Positions 24,089 to 34,115 of a DNA stretch of 34,115 nucleotides are shown in pieces. The first letter of the stretch is position 1. Each line of letters starts with the position of its first letter. The position numbers and the translations under genes are program-made. This DNA comes from Octopus bimaculoides. Taxonomy: Eukaryota. Under the pieces are notes generated by a model, which had not been told where the DNA came from, made no database searches, and worked only from the letters and a program-made list of their open reading frames with translations. The stretch lies in NCBI RefSeq assembly GCF_001194135.2, contig NC_069002.1, positions 16,653,889 to 16,688,003 on the forward strand, given 5' to 3'.

Positions 24089-24153
24089 AGGTGCTCCAGC
24101 ATGGCCGCAGTCAATTGACTGAAACAAGTAAAAGAGTAAAAGAGTAAAGAGTA
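24089..24153 (+). mobile_element. 5'-truncated SINE A tail fragment (a more decayed one at ~23885-23935)
   Basis: GGTGCTCCAGCATGGCCGCAGTCAATTGACTGAAACAAGTAAAAGAGTAAAAGAGT. Confidence 0.85.
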
Positions 24154-24923
24154 TCAAAAAGATAATGAACAAATAAAAAATATTAAAGAACGAGAGAAAG
24201 TATAGAAAATAAAAACGTCGGGTAAGGAAAGGCGAAAAGCTAGGTGAGAGAAAAAGAATTTAAGAAACAAGACGTCACAGTACAGCCAGAAATCCGTAAA
24301 GCAAGTCTTAAAACCTTTATCTCTCATAGCGTTACACTCCCGCCAGATCAACAGTGATGACCCCTTGTGATAAGGACTTCTCAGAACCAAATGACCCAGA
24401 CATCCAACCGACAATTGTCTCCAAGACATGCCAAGACTCCAATTTCTTTTCTGCACCTAAACTTTCTTTCCTTCACTCAATGCATACATCACCGTCATAC
24501 GTAAAAAATTACCCACCTCACTATTCGTTTCAAAATGACTTCATTGACAAGATTATTTTCACTTAACCAGACGATATTCCTTCTTCGGCAGACGATACAC
24601 GAGGCAGTCAGTGCCTGACTGTATTTACTCGAGCTATAAACACCTAACATTGCTTTATTTAGTTGTTTGGTGTCTGTCGTTCTTTTATATTTGTTTTTGT
24701 TTTTATCATTTACTGATTTTACTGATTTTAACCCTATACTGTGGCCATACCGGAAGATTGTCAAAGGTTTGAGTCAATCATGTCACGCCCTTTACCCCAG
24801 TTTTGGTATTTAGTTTATTAATCTCTAACGAATCGCCAAGCCAACTTTTTGACTTAACTCTAAATTGTTCTCTTTAATGTAAAAAAATGTGAAAGAATTT
24901 GGTTCTGATATATCGCTATTAAA

Positions 24924-25328
24924 AGGGGCAGGCGTGGCTGTGTGGTAAGAAATTTTCTTCTAAACCACATGGTTCCGGGTTCATTGCCACTGCGTGCCAC
25001 CTTGGGCAAATGCTTTCTGTTACAGCCTCGGGTTGATTAAAGTCTTATAAGTGGATTTGGTTTGCGGAAACTGAAAAGAAGCCCATTGTATACATACACA
25101 CACGTGCGCGCAGACACAGACATCTGCCTGTGTTTCTGTGTCTGTTTATCCCACACCACTGCTTGACAACCAGTGTTGATGTATTTACGCCCCTGTAACT
25201 TAGCGATTCAGCAAAAGGTACCGATAGAATAAATACCAGAATAAATACCGATTCGTTCAACTAAAATTCTGCGAAGCGGTGCCTCAGCATGACCGCAGTC
25301 AAATGACTGCAACAAGTAAAAGATAAAG
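24924..25328 (+). mobile_element. Full-length diverged SINE A
   Basis: GGCAGGCGTGGCTGTGTGGTAAG (A-box-like), CCGGGTTCATTGCC (B-box-like), CCTTGGGCAAATG, internal CA tract, tail CAAGTAAAAGATAAAG. Confidence 0.9.
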
Positions 25329-25706
25329 GTCTCAGAACCAGGAGNNNNNNNNNNNNNNNNNNNNNNNNNNNNNNNNNNNNNNNNNNNNNNNNNNNNNNNN
25401 NNNNNNNNNNNNNNNNNNNNNNNNNNNNNNNNNNNNNNNNNNNNNNNNNNNNNNNNNNNNNNNNNNNNNNNNNNNNNNNNNNNNNNNNNNNNNNNNNNNN
25501 NNNNNNNNNNNNNNNNNNNNNNNNNNNNNNNNNNNNNNNNNNNNNNNNNNNNNNNNNNNNNNNNNNNNNNNNNNNNNNNNNNNNNNNNNNNNNNNNNNNN
25601 NNNNNNNNNNNNNNNNNNNNNNNNNNNNNNNNNNNNNNNNNNNNNNNNNNNNNNNNNNNNNNNNNNNNNNNNNNNNNNNNNNNNNNNNNNNNNNNNNNNN
25701 NNNNNN

Positions 25707-25930
25707 AAATACTGTCTATGTGATCTCAAATTTTAAAGCAAACACATAATTTTCTTATGGTTTCTTAAACATTCACTTGAACAAAACTGTACAAATCCAA
25801 ATATATGGTACCCTAGGCATAACACCTACATGAACTTCTAACTTGTTGTCTCTTGAGGTCTCTGGGTGAGACTTGGATCCAACTTGTACAAATGCAAAAC
25901 AAAAGTCAAACATAAAATAATAATAATAAT
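25707..25930 (+). mobile_element. 3' end (ILSM*, 3'UTR, (TAA)n tail) of a probable R4/Dong LINE; upstream part in gap
   Basis: ATA CTG TCT ATG TGA (stop 25721-23) fits the end of a GTAxILRKIL-type terminus; (AAT)n tail; last 89 bp recur at 27068-27156. Confidence 0.65.
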
Positions 25931-25934
25931 GATA

Positions 25935-25964
<30 letters not shown>

Positions 25965-25966
<2 letters not shown>

Positions 25967-26113
25967 AATCCTTTCTACTATTGACACAAGGCCTTGAAAT
26001 TTTGGGGAGGAGATGAGTTGATTACATCGACCTCAGTGTTTCACTGGTACCTATTTTACCGACCCCGAAAGGATGAAAGGTAAAGTCGACCTCGGCGAAA
26101 TTCGAACTCGGAG
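25965..26113 (-). mobile_element. SINE B, 5'-truncated at the B box
   Basis: Reverse complement reads GAGTTCGAATTTCGCCGAGGTCGACTTTACCTTTCATCCTTTCGGGGTCGG...GGCCTTGTGTCAATAGTAGAAAGGATTAT. Confidence 0.88.
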
Positions 26114-26191
26114 TGTAGTAGTAGTAGTAGTAGTAGTAGTAGCAGCAGCAGCAGCAGCAGCAGCCGCAGTAGTAGTAGTAGTAGTAGTAGT

Positions 26192-26260
<69 letters not shown>
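26114..26260. repeat. Compound (GTA)n/(GCA)n microsatellite
   Basis: Alternating blocks read directly. Confidence 0.95.
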
Positions 26261-26261
<1 letters not shown>

Positions 26262-26594
26262 ATCGGCATAGCATGCCCCGGTGACAACAGGATCAATGTG
26301 AAAGAAGAAAAAAATTAACTATGACGATTTGAAGTGGGAAATACGCAGGTTGAGGCCAATGAAGAGAGTAGACGTGACACCGATAGTAACCGGTGCACTT
26401 CGAAGCATCAGCACTCAACTACCAGCATGGCTAAAAAAGATTGGTGCAGGTGTGCAAGTCAGGATTGCTTGGAACTGCAAGAATTCTTCGCAGGGTTCTT
26501 GAAGCATGACCAGTAAACAAGTGTCACCTTAGTCTGCGGGCTATGGATAGCTGACACTTTCCATCATACCCAGCACAATAAGCTGTGAGCTTTA

Positions 26595-26649
<55 letters not shown>
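26262..26649 (+). mobile_element. 5'-truncated R4/Dong 3' fragment: RLE C-terminus, 3'UTR, (TAA)n tail
   Basis: IGIACPGDNRINVKEEK / NYDDLKWEIRRLRPMKRVDVTPIVTGALRSI...LLGTARILRRVLEA* (stop 26507-09); (TAA)n from ~26598. Confidence 0.92.
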
Positions 26650-27067
26650 NNNNNNNNNNNNNNNNNNNNNNNNNNNNNNNNNNNNNNNNNNNNNNNNNNN
26701 NNNNNNNNNNNNNNNNNNNNNNNNNNNNNNNNNNNNNNNNNNNNNNNNNNNNNNNNNNNNNNNNNNNNNNNNNNNNNNNNNNNNNNNNNNNNNNNNNNNN
26801 NNNNNNNNNNNNAAAGTTCGTCTAAACAGAAGAAGAAAACGGAGAAAGATATAATAAATAAATAGATAAATAAATAGATAAATAAATAAATAGAACTCCC
26901 AAAGTGGGAGGCGCTTCGAAAAAGGAAAGGTTACACGTGGAAAAACCCATAAAACCACGGGAGCCTGGTCAGAAAAAATAAGAAAGGGGTATAGAGCCCT
27001 TTCTCCCTTTACATTACCTTTTTTTTTTATATAATAATAATTATTATAATAGTAATAATAATAATAA

Positions 27068-27156
27068 TAACTTGTTGTCTCTTGAGGTCTCTGGGTGAGA
27101 CTTGGATCCAACTTGTACAAATGCAAAACAAAAGTCAAGCATAAAATAATAATAAT
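27068..27156 (+). mobile_element. 89-bp 3'-terminal LINE fragment embedded in (TAA)n
   Basis: One mismatch to 25839-25927; (TAA)n on both sides. Confidence 0.85.
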
Positions 27157-27166
27157 ACGTCATTAT

Positions 27167-29105
27167 ATGGCTGCTTGAACAAAATGGACTAAGACGATGA
27201 ATATAGCTGCCATGGAATGTTATTTTTTGAGGAGACCCGTTGATGATGAAGAGGATATAGAAAGAGAACGCTCGACGCAGGGTATGGAAGTTACAGAGGA
27301 AGAACGGATGGTTAACAGTATTAGAGCTTGATGAGATTAAGAAGAGGTTGACAATTGAAAACAGTGAGTGAAGATAAAGAGGTTGTGGAGAATGCTGACG
27401 GGGTTCTATTGAATGAAACTGTTCAGGGGTTTGATGCTGGCTTAAGTTTTGAGAATGTAGAAGGACTGAGTGACGAGTACAGAGGAATGATCGAAGACAT
27501 TACTAATATCATCGAGAGAAGTCTGGATATTAAGAAAGTGAACAGAATTTTGCTCAGAGGGAATGTGAATAAAGCACTGAAAGAAATGAAGACGTATAAT
27601 ATGACAGGAGCGAATAGATTGGTTAAAGCTTGTATCATCTAGGTCCGAAGGAAAGTAGGTCTTGAACCAAACCGCAGGAAAGGGCACGTAGCGAAAGAGC
27701 TTTGGTGGAAAAGAAGGATAAAGAAATTAATGAACTAGCTATGAAAGCATATCAACATCCTGGAAAATAAGAAACAAAGTGCAATCAGGAAGGAGAAACA
27801 TCAGGAACTAGAACGTAGATATAGGATCAAGAAAAAGGATCTGAAACAAAGAGAGCAAGCTAAAGCTACAAAAATCAAGAGATATGACATAATGACTGAA
27901 CAATGTAAAATCAATAGACTGTTCCAACAGGACCAAAAAAGTGTTTATCGACGTTTGAAAGGAAAGGTTAACAGCAGTGAGAAAGCGGATGTTGAAGAAA
28001 GTACGAGAAATCAAGGATGTTGAGATGGATGGATATAAGTATCTGGGTATTTTGGAGAGTAAGATGAAGGTAGGTTTTAGGCTAGAATAGCTCAGGAGAA
28101 TCATGTTAACTATGAAGAGTAGACTCAACGGAATGAACAAGACCAGGACAGTTTATATATGCGTTGACTCTTACATGCGATATAACGCAGGTGTTGTTAA
28201 ATGGACAAAGCACGAGCTTGATGAAATGGACAGAAAGACCAGGAAAGTGATGACAATGAACAAGAAAATGCATCCTAAAAGCGATGTTGATAGATTCTAT
28301 GTATCTAAAAACAAAGAGAGGAAGAGGCCTCGTAGCATACAAGATTTGTATTGTCAATGAGGAAAACAGTCTGGGATGATGCGTCAAACAGCAGATCAAG
28401 CCTTTGATTGTTGCTGAATAATAATGAAGAAAGCAACTGTTATCCCAGTAATTGTTGGGACATTGGGAGCATTGTTGTTGTTGGCACTCCGTCGCTTACG
28501 ACGTCGAGGGTTCCAGTTGATCAACGGAACAGCCTGCTCGTAAAATTAACGTGCAAGTGGCTGAGCACTCCACAGACACGTGTACCCATAACGTAGTTGT
28601 CGGGGATATTCAGCGTGACACAGTGTGACAAGGCTGACCCTTTGAATTACAGGCACAACAGAAACAGGAAGAAAGAGTGAGAGAAAGTTGTGGTAAAAGA
28701 GTACAGCAGGGGTTGCCATCATCCCCTACCGGAGCCTCGTGGAGCTTTAGGTGTTTTCGCTCAATAAACACTCACAACGCCCGGTCTGGGAATCAAAACC
28801 GCGATCCTATGACCGCGAGTCCGCTGCCCTAACCACTGGGCCATTGCGCCTCCACATTGGGAGCATTAACAACCAGATATAAGAAATTTGATGGCGAAAT
28901 TGGGATTGATATGAAGATAGAACAGGCTCAGAAAACTGCTTTATTGGGGAGATGGGGTTTTGAGAATGCTAGTTGGATGTTATGCATCGGGGAAAGAGAT
29001 CCTCTAAGATTCTTGACAACAGGTTGTTGTCCGTTCTTACAGAATTAACCAGAGTAAGTGAAGTGGAAAAGCTCTAAGAAGTGTAATGAACAACAACAGC
29101 AATAA
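27167..29105 (+). mobile_element. Internally deleted R4/Dong-clade element, interrupted by SINE C
   Basis: MAA*TKWTKTMNIAAMECYFL (from 27167), AKATKIKRY...INRLFQQDQKSVYRRLKG, jump at ~28005 to EIKDVEMDGYKYLGI, KSRLNGMNK...MRYNAGVVKWTKHELDEMDRKTRKVMTMNKKMHPKSDVDRFY, jump at ~28420 to KKATVIPVIVGTLGA|LTTRYKKF...IEQAQKTALLG. Confidence 0.9.
28474..28853 (-). mobile_element. Full-length SINE C with 14-bp flanking duplication
   Basis: ACATTGGGAGCATT at 28460-28473 and 28854-28867; tRNA head with A box TGGCCCAGTGG, B-box-like GGTTTTGATTCC, GAC-TCGCG-GTC anticodon-like arm; (CAA)n tail. Confidence 0.95.
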
Positions 29106-29353
29106 AGGCAATTTGGTAAAATAGCTTATACGCGCATACTTTATTAAATAATCGAAATATAAGATATGATTTGGTGCATAGTATTACAAAAAGTTAATAT
29201 TTTTGTGAAGATTTGTCATGAAATGACGAAGCTACAAAAGTGAAGCAATGCTAAATTTAAGATATAGAACAAGAAGAGACGAAATAAAGGCTAATGGTGC
29301 CATTGTGATACAATTGGTTGAGTTAATGACGGTATTTTTCTTTCTAGTCATCT

Positions 29354-29756
29354 AAAACGGCAAGCTGGCAGAAACGGTAGCACACCGGCTGAAATGCTTA
29401 CCGGTATTTTGTCTGTCTTTGTGTTCTGAGTTCAAATTCCGCCGACTTTACCTTTAATTTTTTTCGGGGTCGATAAAGTAAGTACCAGTTGCGTACTGAG
29501 GTCGATCTAATCGACTGGCCCCCTCTTCAAAAATTTCGGGCTTAGAGTGAAAAAGAATCGTTAGCACCTCGGCCGAAATGCTTAGCGGTATTTTGTTCTG
29601 AGTTCAAATTCTGCCGAGGTCAACTTTACCTTTCAACCTTTCATCTTTTCGGGGACGATAAAGTAAGTACCAGTTGCGTACTTGGTTCGATCTAATCGAC
29701 TGGCCCCCTCCTCAAAAATTTCAGGCCTTGTGCCTAGAGTAGAAAGGATTATTATT
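29354..29756 (+). mobile_element. Head-to-tail dimer of SINE B (29354-29554 and 29555-29756)
   Basis: Two successive copies of GAAATGCTTA..GGTATTTTGT...GAGTTCAAATT...GATAAAGTAAGTACCAGTTGCGTACT...ATCTAATCGACTGGCCCCCTC. Confidence 0.9.
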
Positions 29757-29804
29757 CCCTGTTATTAATAATATAATTATAATGATAGTGATAGTATTGA
29801 TGGC

Positions 29805-30198
29805 GTGGAGGCGCAATGGCCCAGTGGTTAGGGCAGCGGAGTCGCAGTCATAGGATCGCGGTTTCGATTCCCAGACCGGGCGTTGTGAGTGTTTATTGTG
29901 AGCGAAAGCACCCAAAGTTCCACGAGGCTCCGGCAGGGGATGGTGGCAACCCTGCTGTACTCTTCCACCACAACTTTCTCTCACTCTTATTTCCTGTTTC
30001 TGTTGTACCTGTAATTCAAAGGGTCAGCCTTGTCACACTGTGTCACGCTGAATATCCCCGAGAACTACGTTAAAGGTACATGTGTCTGTGGAGTGCTCAG
30101 CCACTTGCACGTTAATTTCACGAGCATACTGTTCCGTTGATCGGATCGACTGGAACCCTCGACGTCGTAAGGGACGGAGTGCTAACAACAACAACAAC
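29805..30198 (+). mobile_element. Full-length SINE C
   Basis: GTGGAGGCGCAATGGCCCAGTGG...GGTTTCGATTCCC...GACGGAGTGCTAACAACAACAACAAC. Confidence 0.95.
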
Positions 30199-30569
30199 TA
30201 TAGGCGGCAGTGTTGTGATGGTGGTAGTGGTAGTGTTGGTAAGATGGCGACAGTTGTGGTATTAATGAAATAGGTGGTAGCAGCGGTGATAATTCTGGTG
30301 ACGGTTTGCTGCCTGAACCAAAAGTTGGGTCTGTGGCAGCTGACACGTGGTACACACAATTTTCAATTCTTGCCTCTCGTCTCGCCGTAAAGTCTGGTTT
30401 TTACATCTTTATTTATCGTCGTTTCACCGCCGCCCCCTCCAAACATCTACTCTCTGCCTTCTCGAAAGACATTTTAGATTTTTCTTTTCTTATACTTTGT
30501 CTGTTTTCTCTTTTTGTTTGTTATGTCTTGTTTTTTTTTCTTTTAATCTCTTTTCTTTTAAAGAAAGGC

Positions 30570-30607
<38 letters not shown>

Positions 30608-31593
30608 NNNNNNNNNNNNNNNNNNNNNNNNNNNNNNNNNNNNNNNNNNNNNNNNNNNNNNNNNNNNNNNNNNNNNNNNNNNNNNNNNNNNNNNNNNNNN
30701 NNNNNNNNNNNNNNNNNNNNNNNNNNNNNNNNNNNNNNNNNNNNNNNNNNNNNNNNNNNNNNNNNNNNNNNNNNNNNNNNNNNNNNNNNNNNNNNNNNNN
30801 NNNNNNNNNNNNNNNNNNNNNNNNNNNNNNNNNNNNNNNNNNNNNNNNNNNNNNNNNNNNNNNNNNNNNNNNNNNNNNNNNNNNNNNNNNNNNNNNNNNN
30901 NNNNNNNNNNNNNNNNNNNNNNNNNNNNNNNNNNNNNNNNNNNNNNNNNNNNNNNNNNNNNNNNNNNNNNNNNNNNNNNNNNNNNNNNNNNNNNNNNNNN
31001 NNNNNNNNNNNNNNNNNNNNNNNNNNNNNNNNNNNNNNNNNNNNNNNNNNNNNNNNNNNNNNNNNNNNNNNNNNNNNNNNNNNNNNNNNNNNNNNNNNNN
31101 NNNNNNNNNNNNNNNNNNNNNNNNNNNNNNNNNNNNNNNNNNNNNNNNNNNNNNNNNNNNNNNNNNNNNNNNNNNNNNNNNNNNNNNNNNNNNNNNNNNN
31201 NNNNNNNNNNNNNNNNNNNNNNNNNNNNNNNNNNNNNNNNNNNNNNNNNNNNNNNNNNNNNNNNNNNNNNNNNNNNNNNNNNNNNNNNNNNNNNNNNNNN
31301 NNNNNNNNNNNNNNNNNNNNNNNNNNNNNNNNNNNNNNNNNNNNNNNNNNNNNNNNNNNNNNNNNNNNNNNNNNNNNNNNNNNNNNNNNNNNNNNNNNNN
31401 NNNNNNNNNNNNNNNNNNNNNNNNNNNNNNNNNNNNNNNNNNNNNNNNNNNNNNNNNNNNNNNNNNNNNNNNNNNNNNNNNNNNNNNNNNNNNNNNNNNN
31501 NNNNNNNNNNNNNNNNNNNNNNNNNNNNNNNNNNNNNNNNNNNNNNNNNNNNNNNNNNNNNNNNNNNNNNNNNNNNNNNNNNNNNNNNNNNNN
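30608..31593. other. Assembly gap; other long N runs start at ~4355, 6625, 9900, 13822, 18850, 25345, 26650 and 32347
   Basis: N runs, most bordered by dinucleotide or trinucleotide microsatellites. Confidence 1.
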
Positions 31594-31714
31594 ATATATA
31601 TATATATATAGTAAATCCAAAAACAGAAGAACGACAACTAGAAAAAGAACCCACAACGCGTGGACGTGGTACATGTAAAGTATTAGTAGACGCTTAGGGA
31701 AGGAAAGAAAGATG

Positions 31715-31750
31715 GTTTAACGTTTCGAGCAGACGCTCTTCTTCAGAAAC
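31715..31750 (-). ncRNA. Minimal type I hammerhead ribozyme motif (Penelope-like/retrozyme type)
   Basis: Minus strand GUUU-CUGAAGA-A-GAGC(GUCU)GCUC-GAAAC-GUU^AAAC: complete core, 4-bp stem I, 4-bp stem II, palindromic ACGU stem III. Confidence 0.8.
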
Positions 31751-32185
31751 AGAGACAAGTCCAATAGAAAGGAAGACGGAGGAAGAAAATCGTCAACGAT
31801 TCACATGTGGTTACATTTTGAAATGACCGGAAGCGAATGGGTAAAGAAAAGGTTCTTTCTAAGTCAGGAGAGTGTAAGAGAAGGAGGTATGTGTGTGTAT
31901 GTATCAGTATGGGCATGCGCGCAAATCTCTGTGTGTGGCTGTAATAACACGTGTGTGTGTGTATGTGTTGTGTGTGGTGTGTATGTGGTTTTGGCAGTTT
32001 ATATGTGTATGTGTGAGTGTACTTCGTATCTCTTAATGTTGTAGGAAGAATTCAGCAGCATGGTAGCAGCAGTGGTGGTCCTTTGTGGAGTTGTGTGTCT
32101 CTTCACGTGCACGTAGAGGAATGGTCAGTAGAAAGGTGTTTGACTGGCAGTTTGACGTATGTGTGCGTGTGTGTGTGTATGTGTG

Positions 32186-32260
<75 letters not shown>

Positions 32261-33301
32261 ACTCACACGCAGAGAAAGAGAAAGTAGAAGAAAGGATAAA
32301 AAAAAAACGTAACCGCTATCACGTATTCAAAAAGCTGGTCAGCTTTNNNNNNNNNNNNNNNNNNNNNNNNNNNNNNNNNNNNNNNNNNNNNNNNNNNNNN
32401 NNNNNNNNNNNNNNNNNNNNNNNNNNNNNNNNNNNNNNNNNNNNNNNNNNNNNNNNNNNNNNNNNNNNNNNNNNNNNNNNNNNNNNNNNNNNNNNNNNNN
32501 NNNNNNNNNNNNNNNNNNNNNNNNNNNNNNNNNNNNNNNNNNNNNNNNNNNNNNNNNNNNNNNNNNNNNNNNNNNNNNNNNNNNNNNNNNNNNNNNNNNN
32601 NNNNNNNNNNNNNNNNNNNNNNNNNNNNNNNNNNNNNNNNNNNNNNNNNNNNNNNNNNNNNNNNNNNNNNNNNNNNNNNNNNNNNNNNNNNNNNNNNNNN
32701 NNNNNNNNNNNNNNNNNNNNNNNNNNNNNNNNNNNNNNNNNNNNNNNNNNNNNNNNNNNNNNNNNNNNNNNNNNNNNNNNNNNNNNNNNNNNNNNNNNNN
32801 NNNNNNNNNNNNNNNNNNNNNNNNNNNNNNNNNNNNNNNNNNNNNNNNNNNNNNNNNNNNNNNNNNNNNNNNNNNNNNNNNNNNNNNNNNNNNNNNNNNN
32901 NNNNNNNNNNNNNNNNNNNNNNNNNNNNNNNNNNNNNNNNNNNNNNNNNNNNNNNNNNNNNNNNNNNNNNNNNNNNNNNNNNNNNNNNNNNNNNNNNNNN
33001 NNNNNNNNNNNNNNNNNNNNNNNNNNNNNNNNNNNNNNNNNNNNNNNNNNNNNNNNNNNNNNNNNNNNNNNNNNNNNNNNNNNNNNNNNNNNNNNNNNNN
33101 NNNNNNNNNNNNNNNNNNNNNNNNNNNNNNNNNNNNNNNNNNNNNNNNNNNNNNNNNNNNNNNNNNNNNNNNNNNNNNNNNNNNNNNNNNNNNNNNNNNN
33201 NNNNNNNNNNNNNNNNNNNNNNNNNNNNNNNNNNNNNNNNNNNNNNNNNNNNNNNNNNNNNNNNNNNNNNNNNNNNNNNNNNNNNNNNNNNNNNNNNNNN
33301 N

Positions 33302-33609
33302 TGTGAGTGATTATTGAGCGAAAACACCTAAAAGTCCCACGAGGCTCCGGCAGGGGATGGTGGCGAATCCTGCTGTACTCTTTCGCCACAACTTTCTCTC
33401 GCTCTTTCTTCCTGTTTCTGTTGTGCCTGTACTTCAAAGGGTCAGCCTTGTCACACTGTGTCATGCTGAATGTCCCCGAGAACTACGTTAAGGGTACACG
33501 TGTCTGTGGAGTGTTCTGCCACTTGCACGTTAATTTCATGAGCAGGCTGTTCCGTTGATCGGATCAGCTGGAACCCTCGACGTCGTAAGCGACGGAGTGC
33601 CAACAACAA
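33302..33609 (+). mobile_element. SINE C, 5' end in gap
   Basis: Body and tail GACGTCGTAAGCGACGGAGTGCCAACAACAA. Confidence 0.93.
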
Positions 33610-33754
33610 TTGTTTCGCCTGTATGAAGTTATGAAAGTTGTTGTCAAATCATGCTGAGCTTAAGAGTAGAGTGTAGAACCTATATAATGTGCTTCAATCT
33701 CTTAAGTAACGTGTCGCACTTTTGGGCGCATATTTAGGATTTCATTACATACAT

Positions 33755-34088
33755 ACATACATTGCTTCTCAACCAAATGATTCCGTGTTCAGTCAAACTG
33801 CGTGGCACCTTGGGCAAGTGTCTTCTACTATAGCCTCGGGCCGACCAAAGCCTTGTGAGTGGATTGGGTAGCCGGAAACCGAAATATGTACATATTTATG
33901 AGTGTGTGTGTGTCATTGTGTCTGTGTTAGTCCCCTCACTGTCGCTTTACGACCGATTTTGATGTGTTTATGCCCCCGTAGCTTAGCGGTTTGGCAAAAA
34001 GACCGACAGAATAAGTAAGAAGCTTTTGTTCGACTAAAATTCGCCGCATGGCCACTGTCAAATGACTGAAACAAGTAAAAGAAAAGAA
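33755..34088 (+). mobile_element. SINE A, nearly full length, partly deleted
   Basis: CTGCGTGGCACCTTGGGCAAGTGTCTTCTACTATAGCCTCGGGCCGACCAAAGCC...GTCAAATGACTGAAACAAGTAAAAG. Confidence 0.9.
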
Positions 34089-34115
34089 TTAAAGAATCTA
34101 TACATAAATACATAC

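Noticed and set aside
26890-26990. CCAGGCTCCCGTGG on the minus strand, like an HDV-ribozyme P3/L3
   Set aside because: Could not build P1, P1.1 or P2 pairings
29805-29880. tRNA-like sequence as a real tRNA gene
   Set aside because: No acceptor stem, and it continues into a multi-copy SINE body
30306-33464. Long ORFs of 350-460 aa
   Set aside because: They are translations through N gaps

Overview
Repeat-dense, AT-rich, gapped eukaryotic DNA with no recognisable host protein-coding exon. Nearly all listed ORFs are microsatellite or N-gap artefacts. The repeat families resemble those of Octopus (my recognition; not verified). Contents: (i) five pieces of R4/Dong-clade (restriction-like endonuclease) non-LTR retrotransposons from several subfamilies, four of them clustered at 25.7-29.1 kb next to (TAA)n tracts; (ii) three tRNA-head SINE families (called A, B, C here) and a fourth degenerate dispersed repeat (D), including nested, tandem and inverted arrangements; (iii) a 270-bp MITE with perfect 26-bp TIRs and an 8-bp TSD; (iv) a 236-bp foldback hairpin; (v) a 1.1-kb 19-bp minisatellite; (vi) a minimal type I hammerhead ribozyme motif on the minus strand at 31715-31750, of the kind carried by Penelope-like elements and retrozymes; (vii) a few candidate cis-regulatory motif clusters. 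Boundaries of degenerate repeats are approximate and were read by eye.
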